A model generated the notes under the pieces. The model had not been told where the DNA came from. It saw only the letters and a list, made by a program, of their open reading frames with translations, and ran no database searches. A stretch of 32,345 nt of DNA from Candidatus Firestoneibacteriota bacterium. GTDB lineage: Bacteria; Oederibacteriota; D2-FULL-39-29; JBDRBU01. The stretch spans positions 1 through 32,345 of the forward strand of contig JBDRBU010000077.1 of the NCBI GenBank assembly GCA_043822305.1. Direction: 5' to 3'. Positions 1-9,666 of this stretch are shown here, piece after piece. The position numbers and the translations under genes were made by a program. Every line of letters starts with the position of its first letter. Positions within the stretch are counted from its first letter, which is position 1.

Positions 1-332
1 GAAAGTAGGGGTACAAACAATCGTAAAGGAAAAAGTTCGCCTCTCTAATTGCATCGTGGAGAGGATTTTAGAGAAAAATATTAAAAAAAACTTCACCTTA
101 AAAAACCTAAAAATTGGTCTTGACAAACTAGACTACTTTACTCTGCTGCCTAATATTCAATCTCTTCTCCTGCCTTAATTCCTTTCCAATGATTTCTACC
201 TTTTTGTCTTTTTTTAAACAATCTATCTTTTTTCACCTTCCATACTTCTTTTTACTCTTTCAAAGAACAAATTTTATCCTTAAACTCCCTGCCACAGGCA
301 GGCACGGTTACTTTTTCCCTACTTACTGCCTT

Positions 333-1070
333 TCATAATTCTTTCATATTACTTTTGACAATACCCATAATTATACCGGACAACATTCTACCGGTCCTCT
401 TACCATCCCTTCTGTAAGAAAAATATTTTCCCTTTTTACAACTTGTGCATTCATTTATTATTCTAACATTTTTTTTAGGTATTTTAAACTTTAAAATTTG
501 ATGTTTAACAATTTCATCCAAACCAATATAATACCTTTCTTTACTTTTCTCACTTCTCTCACTTTCTCTTGCATTTCCAAATTTCTTTTTAAATTTATCT
601 GCTAAATCTTTACTTACTTCATAACAACATTTCTTTATTGATGGCCCTAAAATAAGATTTAAGTTCTTTGGTTGGACACTATAGTTTTTAATCAGTTTTT
701 TTATAGCATTTTTTATAATCTCTTTATATATACCTTTCCAGCCACAATGAACAAGACCAATACATCCTGTTACCCTGTTATGAATAAAAACAGGGATACA
801 GTCTGCTGTAAAAACACATAAAAGTACATTTTTTTGATTTGTAATAAATCCATCAACTTCTTGTGAATTTTTTACTGCTTTATTTTCTACAATTAAAACC
901 TTATTACTATGAATTTGTTTCCCAAATATAATCTTCTTGGGATTTATTTTTAATTCAGCAAGAAGTTTTTTAATATTCTCTTTTAAAAATTTCCCTTTAA
1001 AATTTAATGGCTTTATTGAGGTAAAACACAAAATATTATTTTTCTTGTGAAATATTAGAACTTTCTGCAA
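333..1070 (-). CDS. pgeF: Peptidoglycan editing factor PgeF/YfiH (laccase-domain family)
   Basis: Family motifs QIHSNKV, TADCIPV, HCGWKG, GPSIKKCCYEV, FSYRR; downstream of ftsZ as in many dcw clusters; TTG start uncertain. Confidence 0.9.
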   Translation of the reverse strand: MQKVLIFHKKNNILCFTSIKPLNFKGKFLKENIKKLLAELKINPKKIIFGKQIHSNKVLIVENKAVKNSQEVDGFITNQKNVLLCVFTADCIPVFIHNRVTGCIGLVHCGWKGIYKEIIKNAIKKLIKNYSVQPKNLNLILGPSIKKCCYEVSKDLADKFKKKFGNARESERSEKSKERYYIGLDEIVKHQILKFKIPKKNVRIINECTSCKKGKYFSYRRDGKRTGRMLSGIIMGIVKSNMKEL

Positions 1071-2241
1071 AGTTTTGAACTCCTGATATTTCTATAAAAT
1101 TATTTATACCCGAAAAAATTGCATTAGCCGTATCACTCCTGAATTTTTTGTCTTTCAATTTTTTTTCCTCTTCTAAATTTGTAATAAATGCTACTTCGAT
1201 TAAAACTGACGGCATAGCAGTATTAGCTAAAACATAAAAGGGGGCTCTCATGATTTTTTTATTATTTCTACCAACAGTATTGAGTGATTCAACCAGACTA
1301 TCTTCTATGCAACCTGCAAGTAAAATACTTAAATTCTCATCAGATTTTTTTTCAATATCATTCAAAATAGAGTATACTAATTTTGTAGATGCCATCTCCA
1401 TATTCTCTCTGGTAGCAATACTTTTTGATACTTTATCAGTGGCTTCATTACCATATATATATACTTCTGTTCCGTTTATTTTTCTAGATACATTTGCATT
1501 CATATGAATACTTATGAATATATCTCCTTTTCCTTTATTCGCTAGAGAACATCTTTCCGGTAAACTTAGGTAAACATCTTTTTCTCTTGTTAAGATCACA
1601 TCTATTTTTAACTCTTTTTTTATTAATTTTGACAATTCTAAGGCTATATCCAATGAACAATCTTTTTCGAATAACCCTGTCTTCCCAACCGCACCCGAAT
1701 CTTTACCACCATGACCGGCATCTATTATAATCTTCCTTACTTCAAATTTTTCTCCTTTTATTAATATTTTTTCCTGTTTTATTTCTTTCTTGCTCACATT
1801 AGATTTTACTTCTTTAGAAATAATTATTTTCTTTTTAATCATTATTGCTTTTTCTCTTTTATCATATAAAACTTCTGTATCTAAAATTGTTTTCAGTATA
1901 TAGACAAGACTATCTCTTGAAACAAAAAATTTCTTTTGCAAAAATAACGGTTGTTGAGGAAGTTTCAAATCTTTTTCCAAATAAATATTTATATATTTAT
2001 TATCTTTACTTAAAAAAACTTTCTTATCTTTAGGATAATACAAAAATTTAATATCCAGATACGAGCAGATACCTTTCAGATGAAAATAATTATCAAAACC
2101 TCGATTTAAGGTATTGATCTTTGCATTTATTATTTTATCACCATTTACTATTTTAACATTAGAGATAACAATATTATCTTTAGCCAAAACAGTGAAATTC
2201 CCCAAGCCAAGTAAAAATGTTAGTAATATGATTTTACTCAT
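1036..2241 (-). CDS. N-acetylmuramoyl-L-alanine amidase (Amidase_3), exported
   Basis: Zn-amidase motifs IIIDAGHGGKD, EK, SIHMN, SVLIEVAF; signal-peptide-like MSKIILLTFLLGLGNF if started at ATG 2241, which overlaps the upstream stop (ORF track starts at 2268). Confidence 0.9.
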   Translation of the reverse strand: MSKIILLTFLLGLGNFTVLAKDNIVISNVKIVNGDKIINAKINTLNRGFDNYFHLKGICSYLDIKFLYYPKDKKVFLSKDNKYINIYLEKDLKLPQQPLFLQKKFFVSRDSLVYILKTILDTEVLYDKREKAIMIKKKIIISKEVKSNVSKKEIKQEKILIKGEKFEVRKIIIDAGHGGKDSGAVGKTGLFEKDCSLDIALELSKLIKKELKIDVILTREKDVYLSLPERCSLANKGKGDIFISIHMNANVSRKINGTEVYIYGNEATDKVSKSIATRENMEMASTKLVYSILNDIEKKSDENLSILLAGCIEDSLVESLNTVGRNNKKIMRAPFYVLANTAMPSVLIEVAFITNLEEEKKLKDKKFRSDTANAIFSGINNFIEISGVQNFAESSNISQEK

Positions 2242-3043
2242 TTTTTGTATTTGTTCTAAATATATCAATAAATTCCTTCATCGTATATTTTCCGCAAACT
2301 ATCCTTCTTTTTAAATCATACTTACTACGACTAACATAATTTTTACCCCATTTCACTATTAATGTAGCCTTATATCCTAATTTTATGGCTTCATCCTTAA
2401 CAAATTCATCGTATTCCCCATATGGATAGGCTAAGTATTCAATTTCTTTTCCTGTTTTTTCTTCTATTATTTTTTTGGAATCCACTAATTCTTTTTTTAT
2501 ACGCTCTTCATACTCGTTGTGTGTTTCGTTATTTAACTTTTTAACTAAATTACAATGTGAAATTGTATGCGAACCAAAATCAATTCCATTGTTTGACATT
2601 TCTTTAATCTCATCCCAATTTAATCCTCTCTTTTCCTTGGCAACATTTGTATATATAAAAACAGTAGTAGGAATATTATACTTTTTTAATATCGGGTATG
2701 CATATGTATAAATACTTTTATCTCCATCATCAAAGGTGATAACCACTGAATTAGAATCCAATGTTTTTTTCAAATCCATATGTTCAATGAAATCTTTTAA
2801 AGAAATAACCGAATAACTCTCTTTAATAAATTTCATTTGCCTCTCAAAATTTTCAGCGGAAACAATCAAATCAGTTTTTTTTGAATATTCACTCTCATCA
2901 TTGTTATCCAATTTATTTGTAATGTTATTTTGCGGAATTATCTTATGGTAGCATAAAATTGTTACCCAAAAATCATCCCCATATGAATAACATACACTAA
3001 ATAGTAAAAATCCTATTAGTAAAATTATTATAGATTTAAGCAT
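2234..3043 (-). CDS. Exported polysaccharide deacetylase (CE4, NodB/IcaB/PgaB-like)
   Basis: ILCYH, ITFDDG, GSHTISH and LAYPYG motifs; N-terminal hydrophobic signal sequence. Confidence 0.88.
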   Translation of the reverse strand: MLKSIIILLIGFLLFSVCYSYGDDFWVTILCYHKIIPQNNITNKLDNNDESEYSKKTDLIVSAENFERQMKFIKESYSVISLKDFIEHMDLKKTLDSNSVVITFDDGDKSIYTYAYPILKKYNIPTTVFIYTNVAKEKRGLNWDEIKEMSNNGIDFGSHTISHCNLVKKLNNETHNEYEERIKKELVDSKKIIEEKTGKEIEYLAYPYGEYDEFVKDEAIKLGYKATLIVKWGKNYVSRSKYDLKRRIVCGKYTMKEFIDIFRTNTKNE

Positions 3044-3065
3044 AAAAATGAACGTCTGGATAAAA

Positions 3066-3090
3066 CACGCAGACTAAAGTCTGCGGCTAC
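3066..3090 (-). repeat. GTAG-footed REP-like hairpin (intact copy)
   Basis: Minus strand GTAGC-CGCAGACT-TT-AGTCTGCG-TG; the same arms recur at 11910-11985 and 28601-28663. Confidence 0.8.
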
Positions 3091-3095
3091 AATAA

Positions 3096-3143
3096 GCCTA
3101 ATAAACCTGTCCCCGAAATTTTTAATCGGGATCAAGCAACTAC
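3096..3143 (-). repeat. Second GTAG-footed hairpin interrupted by a CCTGTCCCCGA...TCGGG hairpin
   Basis: Plus strand gcctaataaa[cctgtccccgaaatttttaatcggg]atcaagcaactac; outer arms pair with G-T wobbles. Confidence 0.55.
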
Positions 3144-3149
3144 ATTTGC

Positions 3150-4268
3150 TTACTCTGTTTTCTTTCTTAAAAAAGTAGGTATATCCCAGTTCTCGCCCTC
3201 CATATATGATTTCACTTTTTCTTCTAAATTATTTACACCCATCTCTCTTTTTATCCCATCTATTGAAACTTTATTTTCTACTTTCTCTTTATTAACAACT
3301 TCTTCTACAACTTTCTGAGTAAAACCTGTGGCTATGACCGTAATCTTAATCTCGTTGTGAAGTTTTTCATCTATCACTGTTCCAAAAATTATATTGGCCT
3401 CTTTATGTGCCTTTTCATAGATTATCGATGTTGCTTCATTCACCTCAAATAAACTTAAATCCAGTCCTCCTGTAATATTTATAAGAATCCCTCTTGCCCC
3501 TTCAATATTTACATTTTCAAGAAGCGGACTGGTCACAGCCATTTCTGCTGCTTTTGTTGCTTTATTTTCACCACTGGCTATACCTATCCCCATTAAAGCA
3601 CCACCCATTTCAGCCATAATTGTTCTCACATCAGCAAAATCTACATTAACTAATCCTGGAATTGTTATAATATCTGAGATACCTTGAATCGCTTGTCTTA
3701 AAACATCATCGGCAATATTAAACGCATCCATCATAGAAGTTTGTTTTTCAACTATACTAAGTAATTTCTGATTTGGAATAACGAGGAGTGTATCTACCTT
3801 TTCTTTAAGTTCCTTCAATCCTGCATCAGCATATAACTTTCTTCTATATCCTTCGAAGACAAAAGGTTTAGTAACTACTCCTACAGTTAAAGCACCACTT
3901 TCCTTTGCTACTTCCGCAATTATTGAAGAAGAACCTGTTCCTGTTCCACCTCCCATACCAGCCGTAATAAATACCATGTCAGCTCCAGCAATTATCTCTT
4001 TGATTTTTTCCCTGTCCTCTTCTGCTGCTTTCTTTCCTACTTCTGGATTTGCTCCTGCGCCAAGTCCTTTAGTTAATTTTGCTCCTATCTGCAACTTTAC
4101 TCCAGCGTTGCTCCTTCTTAGCTGTTGCATATCAGTATTTATGGCAATAAACTCCACTCCAGAGATAGTAGCCGCAACCATTCTATTTACTGCATTATTT
4201 CCTGCACCTCCAACTCCTATTACTTTTATATGTGCTGAAAAAGTTGGTTCATTTGCAAATTCTATCAT
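3150..4268 (-). CDS. ftsZ: Cell division GTPase FtsZ
   Basis: [13 protein letters not shown], tubulin motif [17 protein letters not shown]-terminal [18 protein letters not shown]. Confidence 0.99.
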   Translation of the reverse strand: MIEFANEPTFSAHIKVIGVGGAGNNAVNRMVAATISGVEFIAINTDMQQLRRSNAGVKLQIGAKLTKGLGAGANPEVGKKAAEEDREKIKEIIAGADMVFITAGMGGGTGTGSSSIIAEVAKESGALTVGVVTKPFVFEGYRRKLYADAGLKELKEKVDTLLVIPNQKLLSIVEKQTSMMDAFNIADDVLRQAIQGISDIITIPGLVNVDFADVRTIMAEMGGALMGIGIASGENKATKAAEMAVTSPLLENVNIEGARGILINITGGLDLSLFEVNEATSIIYEKAHKEANIIFGTVIDEKLHNEIKITVIATGFTQKVVEEVVNKEKVENKVSIDGIKREMGVNNLEEKVKSYMEGENWDIPTFLRKKTE

Positions 4269-4292
4269 ATTACCTCCTTTAACCGATTTGGT

Positions 4293-5540
4293 TTAAAAAA
4301 ATTCTTCAAACCATGTTTTCATTTTATTTAAAACTCTGTCAAACAAATTTCCACCGCTAGCCCTTAATCCACTTCTTCCCTGGCTTCTACTTTTTGCTCC
4401 ATATAACATTAAACCTACGGCCGTGGCGTATATTGGACTATTTACTACTTCCACTAAACCACTAATCCCTGTTGGATATCCTACTCGGACTGGCAGTTTC
4501 AATACTTTCTCTACCACCTCCTCTATACCGGATATTAAAGATGAACCACCAGTAACAACTACTCCGGCTGGAACATTGCCTTCAACACCGCTTGACTTTA
4601 ACTCTTGATTCACAAACTCAAATATTTCCTCTAATCTTGGTTGAATTATCTCGGCCACAATTCTTCTGGGAATAATCCTTTCTGGTCTACCACCAATAAG
4701 TTTTACTTTTATCTCTTCATCTTCATTTACAATCGGAGCAAAGGCACAACCATAATTTTTTTTAATCTCCTCTGATTGCTCAATAGGTGCTCGAAGTCCT
4801 ATGGCAATATCATTTGTGACCTGTATACCTCCTACAGAAATAACGGCCGTATGTCTTACACCTCCTTCTATAAAAACTATTATATCTGTCGTCCCACCTC
4901 CTATATCAATTAAAACAACTCCTAATTCTTTTTCATCAGAAGTTAAAACAGATTCACTGGAGGCAAATGGTTGTAAAACTATATCTTCAACATAAAATCC
5001 TGCTTTCTCTACACTACGAACTAAATCTTGGGCTCTTGATACATTAGCCGTAACAACATGAACTCTTGCTTTTAATCTTGTTCCATACATTCCTACCGGG
5101 TCTTTAATTCCATTTTGATCATCTACTATAAACTCCTGCGGAATAATATGTATTACTTCCCTATCTAATGGAACTGAAGTAGTTTTAATTGCTTCAATTA
5201 CCCTGTTAACATCTAATTTAGTTACTTCTTTGTTTTTGCTAGAAACGGCTACAACTGCTTCGGTATTTATACCTTTTATATGCCCTCCAGCAATACCGGC
5301 ATAAACAGAACCAATTTCTACTCCCGACATTCTACAAGCATCATCAACTGCCTTTTTAATCGACTCAACAGTTGACTCTATATTAACTACAATCCCTTTT
5401 CTTAAACCTCTTGATACAGTGTTACCAATACCTATGACACTTATACTCCCATTGTTATTTATTTCTCCAATAATACAACATATCTTGGTTGTCCCAATGT
5501 CTAATCCGGCAACTATCTTTTCGTTTTCATCTTTAGCCAA
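4293..5540 (-). CDS. ftsA: Cell division protein FtsA
   Basis: GLDIGTTKI, IDIGGGTTD, VVTGGSS, YATAVGL; likely TTG start at 5540 after SD AAGGAGGTG (ORF track uses ATG 5561). Confidence 0.98.
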   Translation of the reverse strand: MAKDENEKIVAGLDIGTTKICCIIGEINNNGSISVIGIGNTVSRGLRKGIVVNIESTVESIKKAVDDACRMSGVEIGSVYAGIAGGHIKGINTEAVVAVSSKNKEVTKLDVNRVIEAIKTTSVPLDREVIHIIPQEFIVDDQNGIKDPVGMYGTRLKARVHVVTANVSRAQDLVRSVEKAGFYVEDIVLQPFASSESVLTSDEKELGVVLIDIGGGTTDIIVFIEGGVRHTAVISVGGIQVTNDIAIGLRAPIEQSEEIKKNYGCAFAPIVNEDEEIKVKLIGGRPERIIPRRIVAEIIQPRLEEIFEFVNQELKSSGVEGNVPAGVVVTGGSSLISGIEEVVEKVLKLPVRVGYPTGISGLVEVVNSPIYATAVGLMLYGAKSRSQGRSGLRASGGNLFDRVLNKMKTWFEEFF

Positions 5541-5557
5541 TTTTCTCACCTCCTTTT

Positions 5558-6394
5558 TCATTTAAACATTACAGATGCTTCGTCTCTAAACCTTAAATCC
5601 ACATATGCAATATTTTGTCTCTTATCATTTAGATTTTTTAAAACATTAATAAGTTTCTCAAGTTTTTCTTCCCAATTTCCTAGGCCAATTTTAAATCTTT
5701 GATTTAACCCCTCATTAATTAATGTTAACTCTTCTAATTCATTTACATCTATTCTGGCTATTTCATTTAAAAATGGTGAATTCATTTTATTTATTTCATC
5801 AATCATTTGTAAACTTTGCCTTAAGATAACATTATCTCCTTTCCGGCCTAGATCATTAGGATTCATATTGAAACCTACTAAGACAAAGACTTTCTTTCCA
5901 TAAAAATAAGATTTTATTGATGGAAAGACTACACATTCTTTATCAACCTGATACAACTTATCTTCACCAATATAGGCTACTGGTTCCCTCTCTTTTACAT
6001 TTATTTCAATTGTAGATGGAAATATTCTATTCACCTCGACTTCTTTAATCTGTGCATTTATCTTTATTCCTTTCTCAATATCTTTAATATTTATTTTGAA
6101 TATGTTCTTACCATTTTCTATCCTGGTTAAAGCAAGTACCTCATTTTTACTTATATATTTATTTCCGGTAATTTTTATATTTTTTAAATTAAAACCGGGT
6201 GAATCATACAAATAATCATAACCACCTTTTAACCCCAGCACTATTAAAATTAAACCTGTTAGCCAAACAACTGTTTTAAAAATCTTTTTAAAACGAATAT
6301 CTCCTTTCCCTTTAATTTCAAAATTATGACTATGGCTTTTTAATTTCACTTCTTTGCCACTCCTGTATTTTGAATAAAACATTACTTTATTCAT
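5558..6394 (-). CDS. ftsQ: Cell division protein FtsQ/DivIB
   Basis: Single N-terminal TM, POTRA-like segment (ITGN...RIFPSTIEINVKEREP), C-terminal YVDLRF; between ddl and ftsA. Confidence 0.92.
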   Translation of the reverse strand: MNKVMFYSKYRSGKEVKLKSHSHNFEIKGKGDIRFKKIFKTVVWLTGLILIVLGLKGGYDYLYDSPGFNLKNIKITGNKYISKNEVLALTRIENGKNIFKINIKDIEKGIKINAQIKEVEVNRIFPSTIEINVKEREPVAYIGEDKLYQVDKECVVFPSIKSYFYGKKVFVLVGFNMNPNDLGRKGDNVILRQSLQMIDEINKMNSPFLNEIARIDVNELEELTLINEGLNQRFKIGLGNWEEKLEKLINVLKNLNDKRQNIAYVDLRFRDEASVMFK

Positions 6395-7374
6395 CTTTTC
6401 AAAGCATTGATTAACATTTCCAAAACCATCTTTTCGAAACTTATACCAATAAATCTTAATGCTTCAGGCAATAATGAAGTTTTCGTAAGTCCTGGTAATG
6501 AATTAACTTCTAATACATAAATCTTATTGTGATCTCCCAGAATCATATCAACCCTGGAAAAATCTTTAAGTCCCAAAATTTTATGTGCCTGCCAGGCTAA
6601 GTCCTGTGCTTTTTTATAAATACTGGATTTAATATTAGCGGGTAAAATATGTCTTGAGAACCCTTTTACATATTTTGCTTTATAATCATAAAACTTTGTT
6701 TTTGAAATTATTTCAATAACAGGTAGTGCCTTATTATCAAAAATTGGAACTGTAATTTCTTTACCTTTTATGTACTTTTCAATTAAGACTTTTTCACTAT
6801 ATTTAAAAGCAAGACTCATGGCTTTCTTTAAATTTTTAAGTTTACTTACTATATTAACACCTATGGTCGAACCGCAATCATTTGGTTTTACTACAACTGG
6901 CAAATCCATTTCAAGAAAAGGTTCTCTTTTAATCTGTAATTCGCAATTCGTCATTGATCTTTTAAACAAATCTCCTTTGTTAAATACCTGATATTGAGGT
7001 GTGGGTATCCCACCCTGTACAAAAATCTTCTTTGTAATTATTTTATCCATGGCTACGGCACTGCTTAAAGTATCTGAACCAATGCAAGGGATTCCCATAA
7101 TCTCAAGTGCACCTTGAATTTTGCCATCTTCACCATAACAACCATGTAGTGCTAAAAAAACTAAATCTATCTTTGATTTTCTTATTAATGTAAAAATATC
7201 TCTTCTATTATTTCGACTAAAATCTATCTTAACAAATTTTAGTCCTATTTTTTTAAAAGCTTTTTCTACTGCTCTTCCACTTCTTAAAGCAATATCTCTT
7301 TCGGGTGACAACCCACCCGTTATAAGTCCAATTCTTTTATTTTTTAAAATCTTTATTTCATTCACTTCTTCCAC
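6391..7374 (-). CDS. ddl: D-alanine--D-alanine ligase
   Basis: GGLSPER, LHGCYGEDG, AMDK, FYDYKAKY, LEVNSLPG; GTG start. Confidence 0.97.
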   Translation of the reverse strand: MEEVNEIKILKNKRIGLITGGLSPERDIALRSGRAVEKAFKKIGLKFVKIDFSRNNRRDIFTLIRKSKIDLVFLALHGCYGEDGKIQGALEIMGIPCIGSDTLSSAVAMDKIITKKIFVQGGIPTPQYQVFNKGDLFKRSMTNCELQIKREPFLEMDLPVVVKPNDCGSTIGVNIVSKLKNLKKAMSLAFKYSEKVLIEKYIKGKEITVPIFDNKALPVIEIISKTKFYDYKAKYVKGFSRHILPANIKSSIYKKAQDLAWQAHKILGLKDFSRVDMILGDHNKIYVLEVNSLPGLTKTSLLPEALRFIGISFEKMVLEMLINALKR

Positions 7375-7432
7375 TTTTCCCCCACTTCTTCCAATCCTCT
7401 AATCCTCCGCGACTCCAAGTATCCAATCTCCT

Positions 7433-8299
7433 CTAACCCTCTCCCACTATAATTATTTCTTCTTCCAACTTTATTCCTTTCTTTTCCTTAACTACTTTTT
7501 TTATTTTATTTATTAATCTTATGACATCTTTGCTTGAATTTCCTTCGTTTATTAAAAAATTAGCATGTTTTTGTGAAACCCTTACTTTCCCAATCCGAAC
7601 GCCTTTAAGTTTACATTCCTGTATTATTCTTCCAGCACCATCTCCTTCAGGATTTTTAAAAACACAACCAGCACTACTCCCCTTAAGTGGTTGCAATTCT
7701 TTTCTTTTATTTAAAAAAATTTTTATTCTATTTTTTACATCATCTTTTTTATCCTTTTTTAGTTTAAACTTTACATAAATTATAATTAAATTATTAAATT
7801 TAAATTCTGATTCCCTGTAGCCAAATTTAATATTCTCCCTTTTTATTCTTCGGGAATGTCCCTTTTCATCTATAACCGTAACATTATTTAAAACATCTTT
7901 TATTTCTTTTTCTTTAATACCTGCGTTCATAAAAACAGCCCCACCTACCGTACCCGGAATACCGGCTAAAAACTCAAGTCCATTTAACCCCTCTCTTAAA
8001 GAAATATTTAAAACTTTATTTAACCTGACACCGGCACCACAAATTAGTGTATTTCCAGATACTTTGATTTTTTCAAATTCTCCTTTTAATCTTACAACTA
8101 GACCTCTTATCCCTTTGTCTTTAACAAGTAGATTTGTACCTGCACCTAATATAAAAACACCCAACCTTTCTCTTTCGGCCATATGCAATATCTTTTTTAA
8201 ATCCTTTAGATTTTCACAATCCATGAAAACATCTGCTACACCTCCCAGCCCAAAAGATGTATACTTGCTTAATGGTTCATTAATTTTAATTTTTATCAT
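7433..8299 (-). CDS. murB: UDP-N-acetylenolpyruvoylglucosamine reductase
   Basis: LGAGTNLL, GIPGTVGGAVFMNAG, FGYRES, GCVFKNP, HANFLIN. Confidence 0.97.
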   Translation of the reverse strand: MIKIKINEPLSKYTSFGLGGVADVFMDCENLKDLKKILHMAERERLGVFILGAGTNLLVKDKGIRGLVVRLKGEFEKIKVSGNTLICGAGVRLNKVLNISLREGLNGLEFLAGIPGTVGGAVFMNAGIKEKEIKDVLNNVTVIDEKGHSRRIKRENIKFGYRESEFKFNNLIIIYVKFKLKKDKKDDVKNRIKIFLNKRKELQPLKGSSAGCVFKNPEGDGAGRIIQECKLKGVRIGKVRVSQKHANFLINEGNSSKDVIRLINKIKKVVKEKKGIKLEEEIIIVGEG

Positions 8300-9666
8300 T
8301 TGTTTTCTAATTTTTCAAAAAAATTTTCTCCTACTTTTCTAATATCACCTGCACCTAAAGTAATTACTAAATTATCTTTTTTACATACATCAACTAAGTA
8401 AGAAGGAATATCCTCTTTATTTTTTATATAAACTACTTTCTTGTTATATTTTCTAACACTATTTACAATTAACTCTGCTGAAACATCTGGCAGGGGTTTT
8501 TCACCTGCTGGATATATATCTGTAATTATAACAATATCTATATCTTTAAAAACCTTTCCAAACTTTTTGTATAACAATTTGCTTCTTGTATATCTATGTG
8601 GTTGAAAGATGGCTATAACTTTTTCTCGTTTTAAATTTTTCGCAGCCTTTAAAGTTGCCATTATCTCCGTCGGATGATGCGCATAATCATCTATAATAAG
8701 AATTCCTTTACTTTCTCCTATTTTTTCGAACCTCCGGTGAACACCAGTGAATTTTCTTAACCCGTTTTTTATCTTATTTACATTTATCCCTAACTCTAAA
8801 CTTGCTCCTATAACCGATAAGGCATTAGAAATATTATGAAGCCCCGGGACATTCAATGTAAATCTTCCTACACCTTTGTTTTTATACTTTACATAAAAAG
8901 AACTCCCAAAGTCTCTTAACGAAAAACTACTAATTTCCACATCACATTTTTTCTGAAGTCCATATGTAATATATTTTTTATCAATATAACTTAATATACT
9001 TCTTATATTAGCATCGTCAATACATAAAACAGAGAAACCATAAAATGGTACTTTATTAATAAAATCAATAAAGACACTTCTTAAATTCTCCATGTTATGA
9101 TAATAATCTAAATGATCATCATCAATATTGGTAACTATAGCCACGGTTGGGGTTAAATGTAAAAACGAACCATCGCTTTCATCTGCCTCGGCTATTAAAT
9201 AATCTCCTTTCCCTAATTTTGCATTTGAATCAAAAACATTTAATTTGCCTCCTATGACCGCAGTTGGATCCAAACCAGCTTCATTAAAAACTACGGCGAA
9301 CATTGAAGTTGTAGTTGTTTTACCATGGGTTCCGGCAATGGCAATCCCATATTTTAATCTCATTAATTCAGCAAGTATCTCTGCCCTGGGAATAACAGGA
9401 ATATTATTTTTTTTGGAATAAATTACCTCTGGATTAGAAGAAAGAATTGCACTGGAGATTACAACTACATCAACATTAGATACATTTGATTCTTTATGCC
9501 CAATATTAATCTTTGCACCCTTACTTTTTAATCTTTGTATTATTTCGCTATCTTTTACATCCGACCCAGAAATAGTATATTCTAAATTAAGCAAAACTTC
9601 TGCAATACCACTCATACCTATTCCACCAATACCAACAAAATGCACTTTATAATACTTTTTAATCAT
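8296..9666 (-). CDS. murC: UDP-N-acetylmuramate--L-alanine ligase
   Basis: GIGGIGMSG, GTHGKTTT, EADESD, DDYAHHPTE, FQPHRYTR. Confidence 0.98.
   Translation of the reverse strand: MIKKYYKVHFVGIGGIGMSGIAEVLLNLEYTISGSDVKDSEIIQRLKSKGAKINIGHKESNVSNVDVVVISSAILSSNPEVIYSKKNNIPVIPRAEILAELMRLKYGIAIAGTHGKTTTTSMFAVVFNEAGLDPTAVIGGKLNVFDSNAKLGKGDYLIAEADESDGSFLHLTPTVAIVTNIDDDHLDYYHNMENLRSVFIDFINKVPFYGFSVLCIDDANIRSILSYIDKKYITYGLQKKCDVEISSFSLRDFGSSFYVKYKNKGVGRFTLNVPGLHNISNALSVIGASLELGINVNKIKNGLRKFTGVHRRFEKIGESKGILIIDDYAHHPTEIMATLKAAKNLKREKVIAIFQPHRYTRSKLLYKKFGKVFKDIDIVIITDIYPAGEKPLPDVSAELIVNSVRKYNKKVVYIKNKEDIPSYLVDVCKKDNLVITLGAGDIRKVGENFFEKLENK

Noticed and set aside
120..150. TTGACA on the plus strand near the window start
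   Set aside because: No correctly spaced -10 box and no plus-strand gene downstream.
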